In this document: positions 12,872 to 32,654 of the stretch, piece by piece
Position numbering within the stretch: the first letter of the stretch is position 1
Layout of the letters: every line of letters begins with the position of its first letter
Assembly: GCA_021613535.1 (NCBI GenBank)
Contig: CP075492.1
Location: 7,440,001 to 7,504,000, forward strand
Direction of reading: 5' to 3'
Source of the DNA: Adineta vaga
Taxonomy: Eukaryota; Animalia; Rotifera
DNA length: 64,000 nt
The notes under the pieces: generated by a model
Told to the model about the DNA's origin: nothing
Seen by the model: only the letters and a program-made list of their open reading frames with translations
The model's database searches: none
Made by a program: the position numbers and the translations under genes

Positions 12872-13839
12872 TTAAGCAAATGAGATACGAGGTGGCCACT
12901 GATTATTCGTTAACTCAGGTTGTTCAAGTTGAAGAATAATATTATCTGCTTCATCGTCACGTGATCGCCAATTTCGAAGAAATCTATTCAATAATGGAAT
13001 GAATATAGAACTTAACAAAACGCTTAAAACTATAGGCCTATATCACATGCGTCTCATAAGTCAGAGAATAAGAAAAAAACATTGTGAAAATATAGGATCT
13101 ACATTGTTCTCTACCTGAATCTATATAATCTCCACCAATGTATCCATCTGAAAAGGATTAATTCACATATTCTTATCTCAAAAAAAACGAATTACTCATC
13201 TTCTATTTAACTATTAAATGTCATTTATACATACCGACGATAAGGAGTTTGTTGTCGGTAATAATAAATCACACCAATACCAATCACAACTAGTACTGTT
13301 ATAATGAGAGCAGCTAATAACCATCGGCCTTGACTTGACGACGCTATGTTCAAAGAAAAAAAACAAAAAGAAAGTTTATAGATAATCATTATTCATAATT
13401 TCTTTTCTGTTTTCAATAGAAACAATTCATTTCATTTTCACTTACACTTTGAAGGAACACTACTGTTAATATCGGAAGTCGTCACTTCACTAATAACAGT
13501 TGTATTCGATACAATAGGCGATGCAGAATTTGTACTAACTGTACTTGTTATGCTGACATTAGAATTAGTATTAGCACTAGCTCCGGTTGTTGTTGTTGTT
13601 GTATAGAAATAATCGTCGTCGTTATTGTTGTTGTATTGATAAATGTAGTTGTTCGATTGTTTGTATTATCATCAATGGGCGTTGTTGTTGTACTATTTCC
13701 ATTTTCTTGTGATTCCGATTGATCTGGTTCACAGGAAATAGATGACAGAAATAATAATAAAATGAACACTATGAATATTTAAGGATGTTTTTTTTTGTTA
13801 TCAATATACTATTCATGACTTACCACTGAATGATATCAT
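12872..13839 (-). CDS. Small type I membrane glycoprotein with Thr-rich (mucin-like) ectodomain, unknown function
   Basis: Signal peptide MISFS|VFILLLFLSSISC, Thr/Asn-rich exons, TM WLLAALIITVLVVIGIGVIYY, short cytoplasmic tail ending PPRISFA* at 12872. Confidence 0.65.
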
Positions 13840-14783
13840 TTTTACGTTTGCATGCATCGATAGGCAAATATAAACAGGTATGTTATGATATACAGTGCGT
13901 TTTATTTTTTTTCCTACTCTGTTCTTATTTCTTAACTCAAGGAGAAAATTAATTATTTCCTAAAAAAATCAAAATGAATAATATATTCATTCATAAATGA
14001 ATAATATTAGTCAAGAGAAAATGAGTTCATGAAAAAGAAAATGTATACACATAATAGTTAAATAGCAAGGATAACTGATTGTACATTGTCTGTACTTATG
14101 TAGGTGATGATTTTGAAAAAAAAAATATATAAGAGAAGAGAAGAAAAAAATCATGAAGAAAATGACACGTTGTTTGATTCTGTTCGTTTTTTTCTTCTTC
14201 TTTTTTTCCTCTCGCCTTTTTCCTTCTCTTCGAGACACGTCAATGACACCATATTATTCAAAGAGCATTAATGACAATCAAAAACAAAGTTGAATTTACT
14301 AATATACTATTAGGATGATTCCTCTAGTGACTCTTGAAGTGCATCGATGTCGTTTTCTTCTAATCCAACCAGTCATCTTGCCATTATCAATCTTAAATGC
14401 AAGATATATCATCTTGACAATAGGATGTAATCATTAGCATTTGAAAAACGAGAATCTATTACAATATATAGAAAAAGATATCAATATTTGAGATCTATTC
14501 TATCATCGATCATTCTATAAAAATCCAAACGAAGAAGAAATCCAATAACTTGACAAAAGGAAATCAAAGAAGACATGGCTGGCAATAGGCCAATCAAGCT
14601 GATACTTCGGATGTATTATAAAAAAGAAAGAAGAAGAAGAAGAAGAATAAGAAAGATGAAGGGAAGAATGAAAAGCGGATAGAGTACTTTTTTTCTAGTT
14701 GGAAAGCAAGAGAAATGATGATTTATACGAAGCTGAAAATGTGACGCAGTTACGTGATCGAACAAACGCAGAATCAACGCAAA

Positions 14784-15183
14784 ATGTTGGAACGTACGAA
14801 CAATACTTTAACGGCTAATGTATGTAAATTTGATTTCTTTAATAACTGAATAGTAAACAAATTTCAAAGAGAAATAAAGGATTCTTTATAAAGATAATTC
14901 AATGAAATTTATATCTTATAGGAACTTCGAAATGATCGTGATATGATGTTATCTACGGACACACCTTTTGTTGATGGTCCAACAACTCAAGATGCTCTAC
15001 CAGTAATTGAAAGAACATCTCGTAGTATATCTCGTCATGTAATAATTCTTGTTGATTATCTTCTCAACTAAAGTTTTCTTTTCATTTCAGAAAGTAACTG
15101 TTATCGTATCTGTAGCAATTGCTATTGGTGTCATTATTCTTGTCGTTCTAATACCTGCATTAGGTCTTCGAAAAAGCGATTGA
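14784..15183 (+). CDS. Putative small tail-anchored membrane protein (3 exons, ~69 aa); 5' structure uncertain
   Basis: MLERTNNTLTAN|ELRNDRDMMLSTDTPFVDGPTTQDALP|KVTVIVSVAIAIGVIILVVLIPALGLRKSD* with canonical GT-AG introns in phase 0. Confidence 0.45.
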
Positions 15184-15295
15184 TTTTATTAGAAATTATT
15201 ATTTAAAAAAAAACATGTTTTTTGCTTGTATAAAAAATTCTTTTTTCTGTCTGACGAATAAAATCTAAAATAAAATTGTTTCTATTTTTCATTGA

Positions 15296-15967
15296 TCATA
15301 GGTGGGTTAATTCAAGAAAATGATTCTGTTCATAAATTTTGTGTATATGGCGATAAACATTTCCAATTACTGGAAAACATTTTTCATCGGTATGAGGTTC
15401 AGTTTCACCACGTAGTAAAGTTTGCTTCAATACTTCACGTTTTGGTATAGTTGCTGTAGCAAGCCATATGCTTGCTCGAACAGCTTTACTATGTCGTTTA
15501 TGTAATGTCTGTTTATATACATGCCAAGCAATATGTTTGGGTGCCGTATTATCAGTAGGTGAGACAATAGCTCGTTCCAAGAACATATAAGTAAATTCTA
15601 ATGCTCTTAGTAAGCGTAATAATGCAATTGTTCCACCTCTATCTTCCAGAAATCTTTCATGTTCAATCATTGTTTGAACAGTTTGATACTGTATTGGATT
15701 ATTCTTTATACAACTGTCAATCAGATCAAACTTATCAACAAGATCATGAGCAACAAATGAGAAAACAACATTGAGATGATTAAAAAATCTATGAAAAGAA
15801 ACGTATTCATAATTTCGGGATTCGAATGAGACTTACTTAGATAGTTCTCGAAAAGCAATAACAAATTCACGAAGATGAATGGTTTCATGATCTGATTTAT
15901 CCATCACATTTTGAAAAGCTTTATAGACACTATTTATACTGTAGTCTGTTGTTAATGAGTTTGCCAT
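15296..15967 (-). CDS. Glycolipid transfer protein (GLTP) domain / ceramide-1-phosphate transfer protein-like
   Basis: FVIAFRELS|KFFNHLNVVFSFVAHDLVDK, YQTVQTMIEHE, GTIALLRLLRALEF, YKQTLHKRH, ATIPKRE. Confidence 0.85.
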
Positions 15968-16751
15968 ATCTATAAGATACAAAAAAAAAACGAAATTAGC
16001 AACAAATTTATTTGATCAAAAGATGATTCATAATCTACGAATGCTGTTTCATTGGATGAAAGAGGTCACACGTTGTTGTATTCTTGATTTTCAATATGAT
16101 CGATCGATCACATTGAGAAAAAAATTCTCAGATCTGTCATAGATACAAACATCGTAGCAAGCTTTGCCATTTTAAATGAAACGATGACCTTAAATTTTAT
16201 AGATGTTGTCGCATTTCAAAATAGATTTCATGACTCAAATAGAAAAAGAACGAAGTTGTTAGAGTTACATCAACAGGCGAGCGAGAAAGAAAGTAAACTG
16301 ATGCTTTTAATCTTGTTTATTCGAAAAAGCATATTTGTATTGTTTCTATGTATTCTTTGCGTTGTCTCTTTTAAAGATTTATCTTGCATTTTTTTCTTTG
16401 TATGATGTTTTTTGTTTTGTTTTGATCATTACTGTTCAGATAGAGATGGTTTATTTGTGAGAAGTACTTGAGTAGTGTCTTCTTTTCATATAGAAAATTC
16501 AGGGTGAATCTTTTATTCCAAACACTTCCGTTTTCATCGAGTAGAATGATTATGATGATGATTCAATGCCAGAAAAGAGTCTGATCTTCAATTCTAAAGA
16601 CGACATCTGACATTGGCATATGTGTGTGTATATTTGAGAAAAAAGCGAATGATAAACTTAAGAATTAGAATAATGAATGCAATACAAGTATAAGATCTCG
16701 TTTTTCCTATTCTGAAGATAAGAGATTTTGCTTAATGAACAAATTATTTGT

Positions 16752-17182
16752 TCAAAAACCGTGAACTTTTAATTGCTCTGCTTGACAGATACCAATTTCC
16801 TTGAGAAATTGACTCACATTCGTTCGTTGATCATCTTGAGGTTGGATAACTTCACCATATTCTTGATGTTCGACAACCGTACCATTGCAAGTAAATTTCT
16901 TTTTAAAAGCACGCAAAAGACGTTTTTTATCGAATTCTCTACCAATGCCCTAGAGATAGTCAGATAAGAAAGTTAAAAAAAAAGAACTAACTTCAAATAA
17001 ATACTTACTTAAACTGTCGGTAATATTTTCTTTCCACTTCGTTGTTGAATACAAATATAGATTAAATTCGAACTACGTTGATCTACAGCACTACTAGTTA
17101 CCCAACTATCCACAGCACTCAAGCTGGTCACATCGGCGAATGGATCGACTGAATGACGATTAATGATATTCTGATCGGTCAT
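16752..17182 (-). pseudogene. EIF1: Eukaryotic translation initiation factor 1 (SUI1) copy with an in-frame TAA; not in the ORF track
   Basis: Exon 1 (17182-17009) ...DPFAD...LIYICIQQRSGKKILPTV* has TAA where Gln is conserved; intron 17008-16950; exon 2 GIGREFDKKRLLRAFKKKFTCNGTVVEHQEYGEVIQPQDDQR...QLKVHGF*. Confidence 0.9.
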
Positions 17183-17653
17183 GCAATAAAATACTCGAAA
17201 CGAAACTTATTTTCAGTATAAACTAGACACGAAAATTTATGTTATAGCTAGAAAGTCGTTTTTTTTCTCCTTAAAAGATAAATTTAATCTGAAATACGTA
17301 GAATGTCAAAAGAATTTTTTGCATAATTTATGTCGAAATAATTTGTACTTGACGAACATCTAGACGCGTAACACAATAAATGATTATACAAAAGATAGAT
17401 CGAAAAGGAAGATGGGATGCAAAACATTGATATAGTGGTGGGAAGATTTAAGGGTCTCTATAGGTGTCCATGCGAGAAAAAACGAACAAAATAAAATCAC
17501 ATAGAAACATGGAATATCAAAAGAAAGTTTTGTGTGGGAAAAAAATTGAAACCGGTCTTGTACAACAATTACACTAATAGTTCAGCTATTGCACTATTTA
17601 GAAGCAAACGTGAAATAAATGCATGAAAAAAGTGAAATTATTATCGATTGTTT

Positions 17654-19727
<2,074 letters not shown>

Positions 19728-20440
19728 TGTTCTACAAGATCAGATAATCAGACGAAATTCAAATACATAGAGGAGAAAAACACAATCAATCGGGTAGACG
19801 ACACGAACATAGAGCATTTACTTGGATGATGAATTCATCGGTGTTGGTAACTGTCGATGCTCTGTACGTGGTTTATTCATGATTAGAGCAAGAAAATTAA
19901 TTAGCAGAAAGAATCAAATATGAAATAGCAAGAATAATAGCAATATATATATCGCTCACTCTTCGTCAGACATTTCGATGATTAATAGAAAAAGAAAATC
20001 TTGTTCACGTTTTTATGTCTGTTCAATAGAATAATAGGACAGAAGAAATATTCTACAACACGTAATCACCAAATATAATCGTCATCTTGAGTCATTGTTT
20101 GCTGTCCTCTATGTAGAAAAAAAGTGCCGAGCAGTACAACGAAAGAGGACGTTAGTTAGATGGAAGAAAAAGAAAGAAGATTCTTCATCGCTCATGATTG
20201 ATAATTTTAAGTGTTACTATGAAAAAGTACAGAACGCATACATGTCTATTTATTCTTGGATCGAGAAACTGATGGGAAAGAGTAAAACAAGCTCATCTTT
20301 CTCTGTCCATTTTTCTTTTTCTCTGCTAATTCTTAATCTACTCTGCTGTGCACACACAGATGAAAATGACAATCTTTCACGATTTAATAAAGAATTTGAT
20401 CTCGATAAAAATCAGTTGAATAATAAACGTGTGAATTTCT

Positions 20441-21001
20441 ATGGGTTCGATATTATCTACTTGTAAACGTAAAAAACGACCGAAATTGATAACTATTATT
20501 CATGATAAATCCACTCAAACAACAGATTCATTATCCAGTTGTATTTATGATTCGTTTCATCATCATTGTTCACATACACGAAGACATTCAAGTCCGTATG
20601 CAACTAAAACTCGCAAACATGTTACAATTCGAACCGATCCTCTTCGAACACGGTCGAGAACAAATGTCAATCATAATACTACTAGCGAAGATCGTACTAG
20701 ATCAACAAAGATTCAATCGCATCAAGTTCAACGTTCAACATCGCTGCCAATCGATACATTTGTAATCGATATTTCCAATAGACAAGTTCGTGTTGGTCAA
20801 CCCATTTCTATCAATATTCGATATTTACCTTTGAATACATCTACAGATGCTCATTCAACAGCTTCAATGAAAAATCCTACTTACGTAAGCAAAACTATTC
20901 TCGATTTAATTCCAAATATTTGTGAAAAATATCCAAATCTAACTATTGATGATCCGAATCAATCTACGCGTAAAACGCTTCATACCAATTTTCAAACATA
21001 A
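20441..21001 (+). CDS. Hypothetical 186-aa single-exon protein with possible N-myristoylation/palmitoylation and polybasic N-terminus
   Basis: Uninterrupted ORF with host-like codon usage, starting MGSILSTCKRKKRPK; no domain recognised. Confidence 0.55.
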   Translation: MGSILSTCKRKKRPKLITIIHDKSTQTTDSLSSCIYDSFHHHCSHTRRHSSPYATKTRKHVTIRTDPLRTRSRTNVNHNTTSEDRTRSTKIQSHQVQRSTSLPIDTFVIDISNRQVRVGQPISINIRYLPLNTSTDAHSTASMKNPTYVSKTILDLIPNICEKYPNLTIDDPNQSTRKTLHTNFQT

Positions 21002-21843
21002 CAATCTCACGGAACAAAATATTACGTTTTATCTTTTCTTATCCTTAATAATAAAATAAATCAAAGCGACCTATCTTGATAGTTACTGTCCCATCACTTC
21101 TATTGTCACTCTTAATAATCTATTAGGAACATTCAAAAGTACGCAATCTTTAGTTCGACGAAATAAAATTGCCTCGCATGTTATCACATACCTTTTCTTC
21201 CTTGAAATATATTATATATCAAAGAAACACATACGAATGATTTTATATGAAGAATATTTTCATTGACAAAGTGACTACTTTGATATCCTCAAGATATTTT
21301 ACACCTGTAAAAATTGTCATATAGAAAATTTTTGTATCTGAAGTAATCAATCGATCGTAGTTTTGAAACTCAAGAAGAACGACTTTGAAAATAGAACATT
21401 GATGCTTCTCGAAGAAATTAATTATTTGATCAAACTATTGATTCGAATGTGTTTTGTTATTTGTTTGTTTTGCTTCTTATTTTATAAGATTAGAAACAAT
21501 CATATATCAGATATATCTGATCAGACAATTAGCTTTTGACATTGATTCATGATAACTAATTAAACGGTGGGCAAAATGCAATGATACAAACATTTACCTC
21601 TTCTGTAATTGTGATTATGATTTAAAGTCAAATAAATATTCATCGATCTATTGTATTCTCCAACCAAACCCTCAGCTCAAACAAAAGCTAAATGCATGCT
21701 GGATACGCATGGTGGGGTGTGTCTCCTACGCATGTACATATAAAAAAATGTGTTTTATATTTATCTCATTTACTTTCGCGAAGATTTGTCTTTGCACTCA
21801 GTCGTTTGTATTTGATAATAAAACGATATAGTCAAAAATAAAA

Positions 21844-24800
21844 ATGGTTTCTCGTATACCTGTTACGATTCATGGTGTGCCAGAAAAGTTTCTTATCGTA
21901 TGTAAAACTGGAGATGAAACAGTACGATGGGTTTGTGAAACTGCTTATAAAAAAATTGGTAAAGAAAATGATCTTCAAATAATAAATAATTTTGTTGCTC
22001 GACGTGCTGCTGATCGATGTCTATTGTCATTGAATGATCTTGTTCGTGATGCATTGAAAGATAATGAACTAATTGAAATTGGTAAGTTCTATAGGATTGT
22101 TTGGATATTAGTAGACATTTAATTTAGATATACTTAAACGACTTGATGATGATGATAATTCATTTACTGTCGCAACGTAAGTTTTTCGAATATTTGTTCC
22201 GTATTTTTTCCCTAAATTTTCGTTTGTTCTTTAGAGATGAACAACGCCAAGTAAGTTTTATGTGATCGGAGTTTGTTACGAGGGAAAATAGTTTATTTAG
22301 GTTATTATACTTGATGGACGTAGTTTGAGACCCAGTGATCTAGTTCGTCTTGGAACAGGAGATTATCAAATTGAAGTATATATTAAAGAAAAAGTTTATC
22401 TATTTATTGATATTTATTTTATTTCGAAGTTGCTACCTGAAACATGGCATTTGATTCATAGAGCACGACAAGTTGTTGATCATATTATTGATAATAAACA
22501 AGGTTAGTTTATATTTAATAAAACAAGTTATTAATCATTTGATTATAGTTGTCTATGGTATCAATACTGGTTTTGGTTCATTTGCAACAACAATTATTGA
22601 AAATGACAAGCTAGCGTAAGTTTATACTTTGGAAAAAATTGACTAGAGAAGTACGAATATATAGAGATTTACAAACTCGTTTGATTGTTTCACATTGTGC
22701 GGGTGTGGGTGAACCATTAACAATTGAACGAGCTCGGATGATGTTTGCATTACGAATCAATATTCTTGCTAAAGGATATTCGGGCATTTCTGAAGATACA
22801 TTACGAAGAATTATTGCCGCATTCAATAGTAAAATATATATTCATTTAGTTTTATCTAAATAGCAATATTTATTTACATAGAATCATGTATTCCGGAGAT
22901 TCCATCACAAGGTACAGTAGGTGCTTCAGGTGATCTGGCACCATTGGCACATTTAGCAGCAGGTAAAAATACTTTTAACTACGTAGAGAATCTCGTATAT
23001 AATTAATGGATATTTTTATCAGGTCTCATGGGTGTAGGACGCATGTGGTCACCACAAACAGATTGGGGTCTTGCAGACGAAGTTTTACAAGCAAATAAAT
23101 TGGAATTCGTTAAATACAAACCGAAAGAAGTAAGCAGAAATGTATTCATTTTTGTTTAATCTATATAACTATCTATAGGGTTTAACAATGATCAATGGTA
23201 CACAATTTATAACATCGTTAGGAGCTGAAGGTAAAAGACAGTTTCGTTCAGATGATATATCAAAGCTTTTCTATATATTTAGGTGTGGAACGAGCACTTA
23301 TTTTAGCTCGTCAAGCAGACGTCATTGCAGCTTTAAGTACTGAAGCATTACGTGGCAGTGTTCGACATTTACATCCTAGTGCGTGTTTTTTTTTCTACAT
23401 GTATTTTCTTTCATAATTACTTCAACTAAATAAGGTCTTCATGCATCTCGACCACATCATGGACAAAATCTTGTAGCACAACGATTACGTTCATTACTAA
23501 CATCTCCATTTTATCCATCAGCTATTTCAAATAGTCATGCCAATTGTGGTAAAGTACAAGATGCCTATTCAATTCGATGTATTCCACAGGTAAATCATTT
23601 TCGAGATATATATTTTATAAGTATGTTGATTTTATATAATTCATTTTAGGTACATGGCATTTCTTGGGATACTATTGAATTCGTAAAGAAAATAATCACA
23701 ACTGAAATGAATAGTGCAACAGATAATCCATTAGTATTTACGGACACTGGTGAAGTTGTGTCAGGTGGTAATTTCCATGGAGAATATCCTGCTAAAGTAA
23801 AGAATCTTTCTTTTTTTTCCTATAATTATGTTATAGTGTTTCGTCTATTAAGGCTTTGGACTATTTGGCAATTGGTGTACATGAAATTGGAAGTTTAAGT
23901 GCGTGCCGAATGGAACGATTGGTTAATCATGCAATGAGTGATTTACCAGCATTTTTAACACTTGAAGGTGGTCTCAATTCTGGCTTTATGATTGCACATT
24001 GTACAGCTGCAGCTCTTGGTTAGTTATTTATAGTTTTCTAGAAATTTAACGAAGTATTTATTTTAAATGTTCTAGTTTCGGAAAATAAAGTTCTCTGTCA
24101 TCCATCATCCGTAGATAGTATTTCAACAAGTGCTGGTCAAGAAGATCATGTATCGATGGGTGGATGGGCCGCTCGAAAAGCATTAAAAGTGATTGATAAT
24201 GTTGAAATTTGTAAGTAAAAACAGATTACTTATTTCGTCAGATCTTTGTATTAAATTAGCATCGAATAATTTATAAGCTGTCTATGAAAGTATTCTTTAG
24301 AATTACATCAAAGCATAAGAAAAGACAGCAATTATAGATATATTTATGCAGATTTTTTCTACGAAACTGAGTAGTAATTATTTACACAGAAGTATGTAGA
24401 TAACCTTTTAGATCTTGTTCCAGAAATCCTTGATGTTGCCAAAGATAGCACATAAATATTAAAATTAGATGTTTTCAAAAGTATTCTCATATAATGAAAG
24501 AGAAAACATATATCTTTTGACGAAAGACAATGACTATGAAATACCTTTATTTTTAGTAATCTCAATTGAATTATTAATGGCATGTCAAGCAATTGATCTA
24601 CTTAATAATTTAACATCTACACCTCCATTACAAGCTGTTCATAAATTAGTCCGAGCTGTAATTCCGTATGTATTCTTATTAGTCAGATATAGATTCATAT
24701 TCGTTTATAATTTTTTTATTTTAGTAATTGGGATAGAGATCGATTCATGGCTCATGATATTGAAGAAGCTACTCGTATTGTTAAATCTGGAAAGGTAAGT

Positions 24801-24969
24801 AAACAAATCATACAAATATTTAACTTGACTATTAAATCATTGTTTACTTTCGTAGATTTGGAAAACAGCTGTACCATTTATGCAAGATTATCTGAATTGG
24901 TATCATACAAAAAAAGATGAAGAACCATTAGCCAAAGAAGATTCGACATCACACAAATGTGTTCATTAA
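21844..24969 (+). CDS. HAL: Histidine ammonia-lyase (histidase), many exons
   Basis: Animal-type N-terminal extension; [30 protein letters not shown] (ASG MIO triad), [45 protein letters not shown]; stop 24967-24969. Confidence 0.97.
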
Positions 24970-25176
24970 ACAATTTTTTTTTCTATCTTTTGTATACTTT
25001 CATCATTTCATACTTATAAAACAAACTGTCAATCATATTAATTCAATAAACTACATTTCTTTTATAGTCGAAACATTTTTTTTTCTCTTATTAAGACGAT
25101 TAACGAGCTGTCATTATGATGAGATTAAGACGAGGAAAAAAACTGCATTTCTTCCTTTTTCCATACAGCTCATCTG

Positions 25177-26715
25177 ATGTACGCATTTTGTAGAAATATG
25201 GTGTTAATGTTTGTCGTGATTTTCTACTTGGAAATACTAATGCTAACGACAGTATTTGGAAAACATCATACATTAGCAGAAAAAAATCGACTACGTATTA
25301 AAACACTTTATAAAGATAATTTAGTCATAAGACCATCAGCAAACCATACCAGACCAACAGTTGTTGCTATTGGCTTAGGAATTATGGAAGTGATCGGAAT
25401 TGATCCTAAACAACAGGTTTGTAATCTGACAAAAAAGAAAATTTCATGTAGTTTTAATTCTATTCTATACTTTTCTTTTAAGGTTATTAGATTAAATGCT
25501 AATTTTGAATTGAAATGGTGTGATGATTTATTACATTGGAATTCGAGTGATCAACCATGCGTTGGTCGACGAAATCGTACAGAGATCTTTTTTACTCCTC
25601 ATGAAATTTGGACACCGGATATCGTTGCTATAAATGGACCAGGAAAAGTAGTTGAAAAAGATCCAAAATATTACTATCCTGTTCTCGTCGTTTGTACAGG
25701 TCATGTTAAATGGTCATATCAAGATAAACTTGTTTCATTTTGTGAAGTTGATGTACGAAATTTTCCATTCGATCGTCAATACTGTTCGATTCATTTACAA
25801 TCAACTATTTTCGATACTAGTCAATTGAAAATACGTACTCTATATAAAGTTATACGTTTATATAATTTGATTAAAACAGAATGGGAAATAACTCATGCAA
25901 CAATTCAAGAAGTTGATCTATATAATCCTCATTATCAACGTAATTTTAGTACAATTAAAATTGATTTCGAACTCGAACGTTTCTCACGTCTTTATGTTTT
26001 AAAAATAATTCTACCATTTTCTATCATTTCATCACTCGCTCTATTCTCATTTTGTTTACCAACAGATAGTGGTGAAAAAGTTGCATTAACTGTCAGTGTT
26101 TTATTATCATTATCAATTTATTTACAAACCATTTCAGATTATGTTCCTAAAAGTGAAAGTGGCTTTTCGATCTTAACTTTATATTCCAATATCATATTTT
26201 CATTCGTTTTCCTATCTTGCATATTTAATATTTTTACAATATTCATTTACTATCATGAACAATATTCCATGAAACATCGAAAACCCAAAGGAGAACAAAA
26301 ATCTTCTCTAACAACAATGCATGAATCCTTATTCGAATTAAATAAACAACGATGGACATTTCTTCGCAAACGTCGTAATCTACAAGAAAAATTACCTGAA
26401 AAAACAAATCTTGATGGCCTTCGAATTCTATATGATATTCGTTATATTCGACAAGTTTTAATGAATTTTCCCCATCGACAAGATCCAATTGATATTCGTT
26501 ACAATTTATTTCATTCCAAACGATCACTAAAACAAATAGCGATCTTAATCGATCGAATCTTATTTTTTATTTATCTAATTTCAATGCCATTGAGTATGAT
26601 TGTCTTATTTCGAGCAAATCAACAATCACGTTTGCCATCATCAACAAATCAAATACTTGATTTGCGTAAGTCAGCTACAGATCCGATGCCAATTTATCGT
26701 GGTTGTCCAACGTAA
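25177..26715 (+). CDS. Cys-loop ligand-gated ion channel subunit (nAChR-like, non-alpha); probable in-frame 66-nt intron 25417-25482
   Basis: Signal peptide, W.D..L.W, IWTPDI, Cys-loop CEVDVRNFPFDRQYC, M1-M3 with LPTDSGEKVAL, M4 IDRILFFIY. Confidence 0.9.
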   Translation: MYAFCRNMVLMFVVIFYLEILMLTTVFGKHHTLAEKNRLRIKTLYKDNLVIRPSANHTRPTVVAIGLGIMEVIGIDPKQQVCNLTKKKISCSFNSILYFSFKVIRLNANFELKWCDDLLHWNSSDQPCVGRRNRTEIFFTPHEIWTPDIVAINGPGKVVEKDPKYYYPVLVVCTGHVKWSYQDKLVSFCEVDVRNFPFDRQYCSIHLQSTIFDTSQLKIRTLYKVIRLYNLIKTEWEITHATIQEVDLYNPHYQRNFSTIKIDFELERFSRLYVLKIILPFSIISSLALFSFCLPTDSGEKVALTVSVLLSLSIYLQTISDYVPKSESGFSILTLYSNIIFSFVFLSCIFNIFTIFIYYHEQYSMKHRKPKGEQKSSLTTMHESLFELNKQRWTFLRKRRNLQEKLPEKTNLDGLRILYDIRYIRQVLMNFPHRQDPIDIRYNLFHSKRSLKQIAILIDRILFFIYLISMPLSMIVLFRANQQSRLPSSTNQILDLRKSATDPMPIYRGCPT

Positions 26716-27168
26716 ATTCAAATGAATCTTTTGCGAACATCGTTTCTTGTGTATATATTTTGTGAAAAAAATACAATATACACATAAATAAACTAGAGAC
26801 GAACAAATAATCACGAATTCACACAATTAAGGCAATGGCAAAGTTGACATTTGCATTTGCATTTTGTTTGTTTTGTTTTTTTTTAAATTTTGTTCGAAAA
26901 AGAAAACACATAAACCACCACTATTAACATAAACATGAAAACTAACAACTGCAGACAAAAATATTTCTTAGACTATAATTTTCACACAGATTTTTGTGTG
27001 ATGGAGAATATAATCTATCAGACTAGAAACATCACTGTTGAAAAAAAAAATATAGAAATAGAGGAGAAAAGGAAGAAAAGTATATATTTAATAGTATGTA
27101 TGGTTATATTTATTATTATTAAATTTTCTTTTTGAATCAGCTTATCACAGGTTCCGATGAAATTTTTC

Positions 27169-31920
<4,752 letters not shown>

Positions 31921-32654
31921 GGATTATGATCATCGGTCGACAAAGTCGGTTCATAGTTTGTTCGATTATCAATTATATGACTGACCGAGAAACATATTTC
32001 GTATTTAAATCATCTAAATAAACATCAAAATCGAACTAATTATCGTAATTGAACTAAAAAGAAAAGATTTTTCATTTTTTTTCTCGAGATCATCTGTTAT
32101 TGTAATGCATCTGATATGCTGCTGCTGCTCATCTTTTACTATCTATGTTATATTGTTGCTATTGCTGACTGGTGTCGTCAAATACTAATTTGATGCTCTA
32201 CATCATTCTATATGACAAGATTCCCGTTGAGAGTCACAGAGACAAGACGGAAGGAAGAAAAAAGAGAAGAAAATGAAGAAGAAAAAAACTAGTCAGAAGG
32301 AGGAGTTTATCCCAAAGGAGTAAGTTTGACACTTGTGTGTATGGTTATGTGTGTGAGTGTGTTGTGTTGTGTCATTCGTATGAGAAAGTTAAGTTGAAAA
32401 GGCAAATGTTCGTTAGATGTTATTTCTTTATGAATCTCATATGGGAACCATCAGATTACTTCATTTTGATGACATCAAATCTTATCAATATCTGTGTGTC
32501 GTCATCTAATAATTTTTTGTTATTTGACGGCGATCGCACAATTTATTTATGTTGATAATCGAATAAGGAAGAGTAAAAAAAGAATAGGAATTATTAGAGG
32601 TTTCTCCTATAACACAAGTCTTTCCAAATGTTACGTCTAATGATTACCAGCAAT

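Noticed and set aside
16773-16967. 64-aa + strand ORF
   Set aside because: Antisense shadow of eIF1 exon 2.
20095-20466. 123-aa ORF overlapping the start of the 186-aa ORF
   Set aside because: Non-ATG start, low complexity; probably promoter/5'UTR sequence.
21844-24969. HAL as a possible horizontally acquired gene
   Set aside because: It has the animal-type N-terminal extension and many introns, consistent with the ordinary metazoan histidase.
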